Source: Eledone cirrhosa
Lineage: Eukaryota
Reading direction: 5' to 3'
Assembly: GCA_964016885.1 (NCBI GenBank)
Contig: OZ024741.1
Span: 10,354,001 to 10,418,000, forward strand
Length of the DNA: 64,000 nucleotides
Part shown: positions 30,301 to 42,300 of the stretch, piece after piece
Layout: every line of letters begins with the position of its first letter
Position numbering within the stretch: position 1 is the first letter of the stretch
The notes under the pieces: generated by a model
Databases searched by the model: none
Told to the model about the DNA's origin: nothing
What the model saw: the letters and a program-made list of their open reading frames with translations, nothing else
Made by a program: the position numbers and the translations under genes

Positions 30301-33300
30301 TGGTGATAGTGGTGGTGGTGGTGGTGTTGGTGTTGTTGGTGGTGATAGTGGTGGAGGTGGTGATAGTGGTGGAGGTGGTGGTGTTGGTATCGTTGTTGGT
30401 GGTGGTGGTGATAGTGGTGGAGGTGGTGGTGTTGGTGTTGTTGGTGGTGGTGGTGATAGTGGTGGTGGTTGTGGTGTTGGTATTGTTGGTGGTGGTGGTG
30501 ATAATGGTGGAGGTGGTGGTGGTGGTGTTGTTGGTGACGGTGGTGATAGTAGTGGAGATGGTGGTGTTGGTGTTGTTGGTGGTGGTGGTGATAGTGGTGG
30601 AGGTGGTGGTGTTGGTGTCGTTGGTGGTGGAGGTGATAGTGGTGGAGGTGGTGGTGGTGGTGTTGTTGGTGGCGGTGGTGATAGTGGTGGAGGTGGTGGT
30701 ATTGGTATTGTTGGTGGTGGTGGTGATAGTGGTCGAGGTGGTGGTGTTGGTATTGTTGGTGGTGGTGGTGATAGTGGTGGAGGGGGTAGTGTTGGTGTTG
30801 TTGGTGGTGGTGGTGATAGTGGTGGAGGTGGTGGTGTTGGTGTCGTTGGTGGTGGTGGTGATAGTGGTGGAGGGGGTAGTGTTGGTGTTGTTGGTGGTGG
30901 TGGTGATAGTGGTGGAGGTGGTGGTGTTGGTGTCGTTGGTGGTGGTGGTGATAGTGGTGGAGGTGGAGGTGTTGGTGTTGTTGGTGGTGGTGGTGATAGT
31001 TGTGGAGGTGGTGGTGTTGGTGTTGTTGGTGGTGATGGTGATAGTGGTGGAGGGGGTAGTTTTGGTGTTGTTGGTGGTGGTGGTGATAGTGGTGGAGGTG
31101 GTGGTGTTGGTGTTTTTGGTGGTGGTGGTGATAGTGGTGGAGGTGGTGGTGTTGGTGTTGTTGGTGGTGGTGGTGATAGTGGTGGTGGTGGTGGTGTTGG
31201 TGTTGTTGGTGGTGATAGTGGTGGAGGTGGTGATAGTGGTGGAGGTGGTGGTGTTGGTATCGTTGGTGGTGGTGATAGTGGTGGAGTTGGTGGTGTTGGT
31301 GGTGGTGGTGATAGTGGTGGAGAGGGTAGTGTTGGTGTTGTTGGTGGTGGAGGTGATAGTGGTGGAGGTGGTGGTGTTGGTGTTGTTGGTGGTGGTGGTG
31401 ATAGTGGTGGAGGTGGTGATAGTGGTGGAGGTGGTGGTGTTGGTGTCGTTGGTGGTGGTGGTGATAGTGGTGGTGGTGGTGGTGTTGGTGTCGTTGGTGG
31501 TGGTGGTGATAGTGGTGGAGGTGGTGGTGGTGGTGTTGGTGTCGTTGGTGGTGGTGGTGATAGTGGTGGAGGTGGTGGTGTTGGTGTTGTTGGTGGTGGT
31601 GGTGATAGTGGTGGAGGTGATAGTGGTGGTGGTGGTGGTGTTGGTGTTGTTGGTGGTGGTGGTGATAGTGGTGGTGGTGGTGGTGTTGGTGTCGTTGGTG
31701 GTGGTGGTGATAGTGGTGGAGGTGGTGGTGTTGGTGTTGTTGGTGGTGGTGGTGATAGTGGTGGTGGTGGTGGTGTTGGTGTCGTTGGTGGTGGTGGTGA
31801 TAGTGGTGGAGGTGGTGGTGTTTGTGTCGTTGGTGTTGTTGGTGGTGGTGGTGGTGGTGTTGGTGTTGTTGGTGGTGGTGGTGATAGTGGTGGAGGTGGT
31901 GATAGTGGTGTCGTTGGTGGTGGTGGTGGTGGTGGTGATAGTGGTGGAGGTGGTGGTGTTGGTGCTGTTGGTGGTGGTGGTGATAGTGGTGGAGGTGGTG
32001 GTGTTGGTGTTGTTGGTGGTGGTGGTGATAGTGGTGGAGGTGGTGGTGTTGGTGTTGTTGGTGGTGGTGGTGATAGTGGTGGAGGTGGAGGGGGTAGTGT
32101 TGGTGTTGTTGGTGGTGGTGGTGATAGTGGTGGAGGTGGTGGTGTTGGTGTCGTTGGTGGTGGTGTGGTGGTGGTGATAGTGGTGTAGGTGGTGGTGCTG
32201 GTGTTGTTGGTGGTGGTGGTGTAAGTGGTGGAGGTGGTAGTGTTGGTGTCGTTGGTGGTGGTGGTGGTGGTGGTGATAGTGGTGGAGGTGGTGGTGTTGG
32301 TGTTGTTGGTGGTGGTGGTGATAGTGGTGGAGGTGGTGGTGTTGGTGTTGTTGGTGGTGGTGGTGATAGTGGTGGAGGTGGAGGTGTTGGTGTTGTTGGT
32401 GGTGGTGGTGGTGATAGTGGTGGAGGTGGTGGTGTTGGTGTCGTTGGTGGTGGTGGTGATAGTGGTGGAGGTGGTGGTGTTGGTGTTGTTGGTGGTGGTG
32501 GTGATAGTGGTGGAGGTGGAGGTGTTGGTGTTGTTGGTGGTGGTGGTGATAGTGGTGGAGGTGGTGGTGTTGGTGTCGTTGGTGGTGGTGGTGATAGTGG
32601 TGGAGGTGGTGGTGTTGGTGTTGTTGGTGGTGGTGGTGAAAGTGGTGGAGGTGGAGGTGTTGGTGTTGTTGGTGGTGGTGGTGATAGTGGTGGAGGTGGT
32701 GGTGATAGTGGTGGAGGTGGTGGTGATAGTGGTGGAGGTGGTGGTGTTGGTGTCGTTGGTGGTGGTGGTGATAGTGGTGGAGGTGTTGGTGTTGTTGGTG
32801 GTGGTGGTGGTGATAGTGGTGGAGGTGGTGGTGTTGGTGTTGTTGGTGGTGGTGGTGATAGTGGTGGAGGGGGTAGTGTTGGTGTCGTTGGTGGTGGTGG
32901 TGATAGTGGTGGAGGTGGAGGGGGTAGTGTTGTTGGTGGTGGTGGTGATAGTGGTGGAGGTGGTGGTGTAGGTGTTGTTGGTGGTGGAGGTGATAGTGGT
33001 GGAGGTGGTGGTGTTGGTGTTGTTGGTGGTGGTGGTGATAGTGGTGGAGGTGGTGGTGTTGGTGTTGCTGGTGGTGGTGGTGATAGTGGTGGAGGTGGTG
33101 GTGTTGGTGTTGCTGGTGGTGGTGGTGATAGTGGTGGAGGTGGTGGTGTTGGTGTCGTTGGTGGTGGTGGTGATAGTGTTGGAGGTGGAGGTGTTGGTGT
33201 TGTTGGTGGTGGTGGTGATAGTGGTGGAGGTGGTGGTGTTGGTGTTGTTGGTGGTGGTGGTGATAGTGGTGGAGGGGGTAGTGTTGGTGTTGTTGGTGGT

Positions 33301-36300
33301 GGTGGTGATAGTGGTGGAGGTGGTGGTGTTGGTGTTGTTGGTGGTGGTGGTGATAGTGGTGGAGGTGGTGGTGTTGGTGTTGTTGGTGGTGGTGGTGATA
33401 GTGGTGGAGGTGGTGCTGTTGGTGTTGTTGGTGGTGGTGGTGATAGTGGTGGTGGTGGTGGTGTTGGTGTTGTTGGTGGTGATAGTGGTGGAGGTGGTGA
33501 TAGTGGTGGAGGTGGTGGTGGTGTTGGTATCGTTGGTGGTGGTGGTGATAGTGGTGGAGGTTGTGGTGTTGGTGTTGTTGGTGGTGGTGGTGATAGTGAT
33601 GGAGAGGGTAGTGTTGGTGTTGTTGGTGGTGGTGGTGATAGTGGTCGAGGTGGTGGTGTTGGTGTTGTTGGTGTTGGTGGTGATAGTTGTGGAGCTGGAG
33701 GTGTTGGTGTTGTTGGTGGTGATAGTGGTGGAGGTGGAGGTGTTGGTGTTGTTGGTGGTGGTGGTGATAGTGGTGGAGGTGGTGGTGTTTGTGTCGTTGG
33801 TGGTGATAGTGGTGGAGGTGGTGGTGTTGGTGTTGTTGGTGGTGGTGTTGATAGTGGTGGAGGTGGTGGTGTTGGTGTTGTTGGTGGTGGTGGTGATAGT
33901 GGTGGTGGTGGTGGTGTTGGTGTTGTTGGTGTTGGTGGTGATAGTGGTGGTGGTGGTGGTGTTGGTGTCGTTGGAGGTGGTGGTGATAGTGGTGGTGGTG
34001 GTGGTGTTGGTGTCGTTGGTGGTGGTGGTGGTGATAGTGGTGGTGGTGGTGGTGTTGGTGTTGTTGGTGATGGTGGTGATAGTGGTGGTGGTGGTGGTGT
34101 TGGTGTTGTTGGTGGTGGTGGTGATAGTGGTGGAGGTGGTGGTGATAGTGGTGGAGGTGGTGGTGTTGGTGTTGTTGGTGTTGTTGGTGGTGGTGGTGGT
34201 GATAGTGGTGGAGGTGGTGGTGTTGGTGTTGTTGGTGGTGGTGGTGATAGTGGTGGAGGTGGTGGTGTTGGTGTTGTTGGTGGTGGTGGTGATAGTGGTG
34301 GTGGTGGTGGTGGTGGTGGTGTTGGTGTTGTTGGTGGTGGTGGTGATAGTGGTGGTGGTGGTGTTGGTGTTGTTGGTGGTGGTGATAGTGGTGGAGGTGG
34401 TGGTGTTGGTGTTGTTGGTGGGGGTGGTGATAGTGGTGGAGGTGGAGGTGTTGGTGTTGTGGGTGGTGGTGGTGATAGTGGTGGAGGTGGTGGTGTTGGT
34501 GTCGTTGGTGGTGGTGGTGATAGTGGTGGAGGTAGAGGTGTTGGTGATAGTGGTGGAGGTGGTGGTGTTGGTGCCGTTGGTTGTGATAGTGGTGGAGGTG
34601 GTGGTGTTGGTATTGTTGGTGGTGGTGGTGATAGTGGTGGAGGTGGTGGTGTTGGTGTTGTTGGTGGTGGTGGTGATAGTGGTGGAGGTGGTGGTGTTGG
34701 TGTTGTTGGTGGTGGTGCTGATAGTGGTGGAGGTGGTGGTGTTGTTGTCGTTGGTGGTGGCGGTGATAGTGGTGGAGGTGTTGGTGTTGGTGTCGTTGGT
34801 GGTGATAGTGGTGGAGGTGGTGGTGTTGGTGTTGTTGGTGGTGGTGTTGATAGTGGTGGAGGTGGTGGTGTTGGTGTTGTTGGTGGTGGTGGTGATAGTG
34901 GTGGTGGTGGTGGTGTTGGTGTTGTTGGTGGTGGTGGTGATAGTGGTGGAGGTGGTGGTGTTGGTGTTGTTGGTGGTGGTGGTGATAGTGGTGGTGGTGG
35001 TGGTGTTGGTGTTGTTGGTGGTGGTGGTGATAGTGGTGGTGGTGGTGGTGTTGGTGTCGTTGGAGGTGGTGGTGATAGTGGTGGTGGTGGTGGTGTTGGT
35101 GTCGTTGGTGGTGGTGGTGGTGGTGATAGTGGTGGTGGTGGTGGTGTTGGGGTTGTTGGTGGTGGTGGTGATAGTGGTGGTGGTGGTGGTGTTGGTGTCG
35201 TTGGAGGTGGTGGTGATAGTGGTGGTGGTGGTGGTGTTGGTGTTGTTGGTGGTGGTGTTGATAGTGGTGGAGGTGGTGGTGTTGGTGTTGTTGGTGGTGG
35301 TGGTGATAGTGGTGGTGGTGGTGGTGTTGGTGTTGTTGGTGGTGGTGGTGATAGTGGTGGTGGTGGTGGTGTTGGTGTCGTTGGAGGTGGTGGTGATAGT
35401 GGTGGTGGTGGTGGTGTTGGTGTCGTTGGTGGTGGTGGTGGTGATAGTGGTGGTGGTGGTGGTGTTGGTGTTGTTGGTGGTGGTGGTGATAGTGGTGGTG
35501 GTGGTGGTGTTGGTGTTGTTGGTGGTGGTGGTGATAGTGGTGGAGGTGGTGGTGATAGTGGTGGAGGTGGTGATGGTGATAGTGGTGGAGGTGGTGGTGT
35601 TGGTGTTGTTGGTGGTGGTGGTGATAGTGGTGGAGGAGGTAGTGTTGGTGTTGTTGGTGGTGGTTGTGATAGTGGTGGAGGTGGTGGTGTTGGTGTTGTT
35701 GGTGGTGGTGGTGATAGTGGTGGTGGTGGTGGTGTTGGTGTTGTTGGTGGTGGTGGTGATAGTGGTGGAGGTGGTGGTGTTGGTGTTGTTGGTGGTGGTG
35801 GTGATAGTGGTGGTGGTGGTGGTGTTGGTGTTGTTGGTGGTGGTGGTGATAGTGGTGGTGGTGGTGGTGTTGGTGTCGTTGGAGGTGGTGGTGATAGTGG
35901 TGGTGGTGGTGGTGTTGGTGTCGTTGGTGGTGGTGGTGGTGGTGATAGTGGTGGTGGTGGTGGTGTTGGGGTTGTTGGTGGTGGTGGTGATAGTGGTGGT
36001 GGTGGTGGTGTTGGTGTCGTTGGAGGTGGTGGTGATAGTGGTGGTGGTGGTGGTGTTGGTGTTGTTGGTGGTGGTGTTGATAGTGGTGGAGGTGGTGGTG
36101 TTGGTGTTGTTGGTGGTGGTGGTGATAGTGGTGGTGGTGGTGGTGTTGGTGTTGTTGGTGGTGGTGGTGATAGTGGTGGTGGTGGTGGTGTTGGTGTCGT
36201 TGGAGGTGGTGGTGATAGTGGTGGTGGTGGTGGTGTTGGTGTCGTTGGTGGTGGTGGTGGTGATAGTGGTGGTGGTGGTGGTGTTGGTGTTGTTGGTGGT

Positions 36301-39300
36301 GGTGGTGATAGTGGTGGTGGTGGTGGTGTTGGTGTTGTTGGTGGTGGTGGTGATAGTGGTGGAGGTGGTGGTGATAGTGGTGGAGGTGGTGATGGTGATA
36401 GTGGTGGAGGTGGTGGTGTTGGTGTTGTTGGTGGTGGTGGTGATAGTGGTGGAGGAGGTAGTGTTGGTGTTGTTGGTGGTGGTTGTGATAGTGGTGGAGG
36501 TGGTGGTGTTGGTGTTGTTGGTGGTGGTGGTGATAGTGGTGGAGGTGGTGGTGTTGGTGTTGTTGGTGGTGGTGGTGATAGTGGTGGAGGTGGAGGTGTT
36601 GGTGTTGTTGGTGGTGGTGGTGGTGATAGTGGTGGAGGTGGTGGTGTTGGTGTCGTTGGTGGTGGTGGTGATAGTGGTGGAAGTGGTGGTGTTGGTGTTG
36701 TTGGTGGTGGTGGTGATAGTGGTGGAGGTGGAGGTGTTGGTGTTGTTGGTGGTGGTGGTGATAGTGGTGGAGGTGGTGGTGTTGGTGTCGTTGGTGGTGG
36801 TGGTGATAGTGGTGGAGGTGGTGGTGTTGGTGTTGTTGGTGATGGTGGTGAAAGTGGTGGCGGTGGAGGTGTTGGTGTTGTTGGTGGTGGTGGTGATAGT
36901 GGTGGAGGTGGTGGTGATAGTGGTGGAGGTGGTGGTGTTGGTGTCGTTGGTGGTGGTGGTGATAGTGGTGGAGGTGTTGGTGTTGTTGGTGGTGGTGGTG
37001 GTGATAGTGGTGGAGGTGGTGGTGTTGGTGTTGTTGGTGGTGGTGGTGATAGTGGTGGAGGGGGTAGTGTTGGTGTCGTTGGTGGTGGTGGTGATAGTGG
37101 TGGAGGTGGAGGTGTTGGTGTTGTTGGTGGTGGTGGTGATAGTGGTGGAGGTGGTGGTGTTCGTGTTGCTGGTGGTGGTGGTGATAGTGGTGGAGGTGGA
37201 GGGGGTAGTGTTGGTGTTGTTGGTGGTGGTGGTGATAGTGGTGGAGGTGATAGTGGTGGAGGTGGTGGTGTTGGTGTTGTTGGTGGTGGTGGTGATAGTG
37301 GTGGAGGTGGTGGTGTTGGTGTTGCTGGTGGTGGTGGTGATAGTGGTGGAGGTGGTGGTGTTGGTCTTGTTGGTGGTGGTGGTGATAGTGGTGGAGGGGG
37401 TAGTGTTGGTGCTGTTGGTGGTGGTGGTGATAGTGGTGGAAGTGGTGGTGTTGATGTCGTTGGTGGTGGTGGTGATAGTGTTGGAGGTGGAGGTGTTGGT
37501 GTTGTTGGTGGTGATGGTGATAGTGGTGGAGGTGGTGGTGTTGGTGTTGTTGGTGGTGGTGGTGATAGTGGTGGAGGAGGTAGTGTTGGTGTTGTTGGTG
37601 GTGGTGGTGATAGTGGTGGAGGTGGTGGTGTTGGTGTTGTTGGTGGTGGTGGTGATAGTGGTGGAGGGGGTAGTGTTGGTGTTGTTAGTGGTGGTGGTGA
37701 TAGTGGTGTAGGTGGTGGTGTTGGTGTTGTTGGTGGTGGTGGTGATAGTGGTGGAGGTGGTGTTGTTGGTGTTGTTGGTGGTGGTGGTGATAGTGGTGGT
37801 GGTGGTGGTGTTGGTGTTGTTGGTGGTGATAGTGGTGGAGGTGGTGATAGTGGTGGAGGTGGTGGTGTTGGTATCGTTGTTGGTGGTGGTGGTGATAGTG
37901 GTGGAGGTGGTGGTGTTGGTGTTGTTGGTGGTGGTGGTGATAGTGGTGGTGGTTGTGGTGTTGGTATTGTTGGTGGTGGTGGTGATAATGGTGGAGGTGG
38001 TGGTGGTGGTGTTGTTGGTGACGGTGGTGATAGTAGTGGAGATGGTGGTGTTGGTGTTGTTGGTGGTGGTGGTGATAGTGGTGGAGGTGGTGGTGTTGGT
38101 GTCGTTGGTGGTGGAGGTGATAGTGGTGGAGGTGGTGGTGGTGGTGTTGTTGGTGGCGGTGGTGATAGTGGTGGAGGTGGTGGTATTGGTATTGTTGGTG
38201 GTGGTGGTGATAGTGGTCGAGGTGGTGGTGTTGGTATTGTTGGTGGTGGTGGTGATAGTGGTGGAGGGGGTAGTGTTGGTGTTGTTGGTGGTGGTGGTGA
38301 TAGTGGTGGAGGTGGTGGTGTTGGTGTCGTTGGTGGTGGTGGTGATAGTGGTGGAGGGGGTAGTGTTGGTGTTGTTGGTGGTGGTGGTGATAGTGGTGGA
38401 GGTGGTGGTGTTGGTGTCGTTGGTGGTGGTGGTGATAGTGGTGGAGGTGGAGGTGTTGGTGTTGTTGGTGGTGGTGGTGATAGTTGTGGAGGTGGTGGTG
38501 TTGGTGTTGTTGGTGGTGATGGTGATAGTGGTGGAGGGGGTAGTTTTGGTGTTGTTGGTGGTGGTGGTGATAGTGGTGGAGGTGGTGGTGTTGGTGTTTT
38601 TGGTGGTGGTGGTGATAGTGGTGGAGGTGGTGGTGTTGGTGTTGTTGGTGGTGGTGGTGATAGTGGTGGTGGTGGTGGTGTTGGTGTTGTTGGTGGTGAT
38701 AGTGGTGGAGGTGGTGATAGTGGTGGAGGTGGTGGTGTTGGTATCGTTGGTGGTGGTGATAGTGGTGGAGTTGGTGGTGTTGGTGGTGGTGGTGATAGTG
38801 GTGGAGAGGGTAGTGTTGGTGTTGTTGGTGGTGGAGGTGATAGTGGTGGAGGTGGTGGTGTTGGTGTTGTTGGTGGTGGTGGTGATAGTGGTGGAGGTGG
38901 TGATAGTGGTGGAGGTGGTGGTGTTGGTGTCGTTGGTGGTGGTGGTGATAGTGGTGGTGGTGGTGGTGTTGGTGTCGTTGGTGGTGGTGGTGATAGTGGT
39001 GGAGGTGGTGGTGGTGGTGTTGGTGTCGTTGGTGGTGGTGGTGATAGTGGTGGAGGTGGTGGTGTTGGTGTTGTTGGTGGTGGTGGTGATAGTGGTGGAG
39101 GTGATAGTGGTGGTGGTGGTGGTGTTGGTGTTGTTGGTGGTGGTGGTGATAGTGGTGGTGGTGGTGGTGTTGGTGTCGTTGGTGGTGGTGGTGATAGTGG
39201 TGGAGGTGGTGGTGTTGGTGTTGTTGGTGGTGGTGGTGATAGTGGTGGTGGTGGTGGTGTTGGTGTCGTTGGTGGTGGTGGTGATAGTGGTGGAGGTGGT

Positions 39301-42300
39301 GGTGTTTGTGTCGTTGGTGTTGTTGGTGGTGGTGGTGGTGGTGTTGGTGTTGTTGGTGGTGGTGGTGATAGTGGTGGAGGTGGTGATAGTGGTGTCGTTG
39401 GTGGTGGTGGTGGTGGTGGTGATAGTGGTGGAGGTGGTGGTGTTGGTGCTGTTGGTGGTGGTGGTGATAGTGGTGGAGGTGGTGGTGTTGGTGTTGTTGG
39501 TGGTGGTGGTGATAGTGGTGGAGGTGGTGGTGTTGGTGTTGTTGGTGGTGGTGGTGATAGTGGTGGAGGTGGAGGGGGTAGTGTTGGTGTTGTTGGTGGT
39601 GGTGGTGATAGTGGTGGAGGTGGTGGTGTTGGTGTCGTTGGTGGTGGTGTGGTGGTGGTGATAGTGGTGTAGGTGGTGGTGTTGGTGTTGTTGGTGGTGG
39701 TGGTGATAGTGGTGGAGGTGGTGGTGTTGGTGTTGTTGGTGGTGGTGGTGATAGTGGTGGAGGTGGTGGTGTTGGTGTTGTTGGTGGTGGTGGTGATAGT
39801 GGTGGAGGTGGTGGTGGTGGTGTTGGGGTTGTTGGTGGTGGTGGTGATAGTGGTGGTGGTGGTGGTGTTGGTGTCGTTGGAGGTGGTGGTGATAGTGGTG
39901 GTGGTGGTGGTGTTGGTGTTGTTGGTGGTGGTGTTGATAGTGGTGGAGGTGGTGGTGTTGGTGTTGTTGGTGGTGGTGGTGATAGTGGTGGTGGTGGTGG
40001 TGTTGGTGTTGTTGGTGGTGGTGGTGATAGTGGTGGTGGTGGTGGTGTTGGTGTCGTTGGAGGTGGTGGTGATAGTGGTGGTGGTGGTGGTGTTGGTGTC
40101 GTTGGTGGTGGTGGTGGTGATAGTGGTGGTGGTGGTGGTGTTGGTGTTGTTGGTGGTGGTGGTGATAGTGGTGGTGGTGGTGGTGTTGGTGTTGTTGGTG
40201 GTGGTGGTGATAGTGGTGGAGGTGGTGGTGATAGTGGTGGAGGTGGTGATGGTGATAGTGGTGGAGGTGGTGGTGTTGGTGTTGTTGGTGGTGGTGGTGA
40301 TAGTGGTGGAGGAGGTAGTGTTGGTGTTGTTGGTGGTGGTTGTGATAGTGGTGGAGGTGGTGGTGTTGGTGTTGTTGGTGGTGGTGGTGATAGTGGTGGT
40401 GGTGGTGGTGTTGGTGTTGTTGGTGGTGGTGGTGATAGTGGTGGAGGTGGTGGTGTTGGTGTTGTTGGTGGTGGTGGTGATAGTGGTGGTGGTGGTGGTG
40501 TTGGTGTTGTTGGTGGTGGTGGTGATAGTGGTGGTGGTGGTGGTGTTGGTGTCGTTGGAGGTGGTGGTGATAGTGGTGGTGGTGGTGGTGTTGGTGTCGT
40601 TGGTGGTGGTGGTGGTGGTGATAGTGGTGGTGGTGGTGGTGTTGGGGTTGTTGGTGGTGGTGGTGATAGTGGTGGTGGTGGTGGTGTTGGTGTCGTTGGA
40701 GGTGGTGGTGATAGTGGTGGTGGTGGTGGTGTTGGTGTTGTTGGTGGTGGTGTTGATAGTGGTGGAGGTGGTGGTGTTGGTGTTGTTGGTGGTGGTGGTG
40801 ATAGTGGTGGTGGTGGTGGTGTTGGTGTTGTTGGTGGTGGTGGTGATAGTGGTGGTGGTGGTGGTGTTGGTGTCGTTGGAGGTGGTGGTGATAGTGGTGG
40901 TGGTGGTGGTGTTGGTGTCGTTGGTGGTGGTGGTGGTGATAGTGGTGGTGGTGGTGGTGTTGGTGTTGTTGGTGGTGGTGGTGATAGTGGTGGTGGTGGT
41001 GGTGTTGGTGTTGTTGGTGGTGGTGGTGATAGTGGTGGAGGTGGTGGTGATAGTGGTGGAGGTGGTGATGGTGATAGTGGTGGAGGTGGTGGTGTTGGTG
41101 TTGTTGGTGGTGGTGGTGATAGTGGTGGAGGAGGTAGTGTTGGTGTTGTTGGTGGTGGTTGTGATAGTGGTGGAGGTGGTGGTGTTGGTGTTGTTGGTGG
41201 TGGTGGTGATAGTGGTGGAGGTGGTGGTGTTGGTGTTGTTGGTGGTGGTGGTGATAGTGGTGGAGGTGGAGGTGTTGGTGTTGTTGGTGGTGGTGGTGGT
41301 GATAGTGGTGGAGGTGGTGGTGTTGGTGTCGTTGGTGGTGGTGGTGATAGTGGTGGAAGTGGTGGTGTTGGTGTTGTTGGTGGTGGTGGTGATAGTGGTG
41401 GAGGTGGAGGTGTTGGTGTTGTTGGTGGTGGTGGTGATAGTGGTGGAGGTGGTGGTGTTGGTGTCGTTGGTGGTGGTGGTGATAGTGGTGGAGGTGGTGG
41501 TGTTGGTGTTGTTGGTGATGGTGGTGAAAGTGGTGGCGGTGGAGGTGTTGGTGTTGTTGGTGGTGGTGGTGATAGTGGTGGAGGTGGTGGTGATAGTGGT
41601 GGAGGTGGTGGTGTTGGTGTCGTTGGTGGTGGTGGTGATAGTGGTGGAGGTGTTGGTGTTGTTGGTGGTGGTGGTGGTGATAGTGGTGGAGGTGGTGGTG
41701 TTGGTGTTGTTGGTGGTGGTGGTGATAGTGGTGGAGGGGGTAGTGTTGGTGTCGTTGGTGGTGGTGGTGATAGTGGTGGAGGTGGAGGTGTTGGTGTTGT
41801 TGGTGGTGGTGGTGATAGTGGTGGAGGTGGTGGTGTTCGTGTTGCTGGTGGTGGTGGTGATAGTGGTGGAGGTGGAGGGGGTAGTGTTGGTGTTGTTGGT
41901 GGTGGTGGTGATAGTGGTGGAGGTGATAGTGGTGGAGGTGGTGGTGTTGGTGTTGTTGGTGGTGGTGGTGATAGTGGTGGAGGTGGTGGTGTTGGTGTTG
42001 CTGGTGGTGGTGGTGATAGTGGTGGAGGTGGTGGTGTTGGTCTTGTTGGTGGTGGTGGTGATAGTGGTGGAGGGGGTAGTGTTGGTGCTGTTGGTGGTGG
42101 TGGTGATAGTGGTGGAAGTGGTGGTGTTGATGTCGTTGGTGGTGGTGGTGATAGTGTTGGAGGTGGAGGTGTTGGTGTTGTTGGTGGTGATGGTGATAGT
42201 GGTGGAGGTGGTGGTGTTGGTGTTGTTGGTGGTGGTGGTGATAGTGGTGGAGGAGGTAGTGTTGGTGTTGTTGGTGGTGGTGGTGATAGTGGTGGAGGTG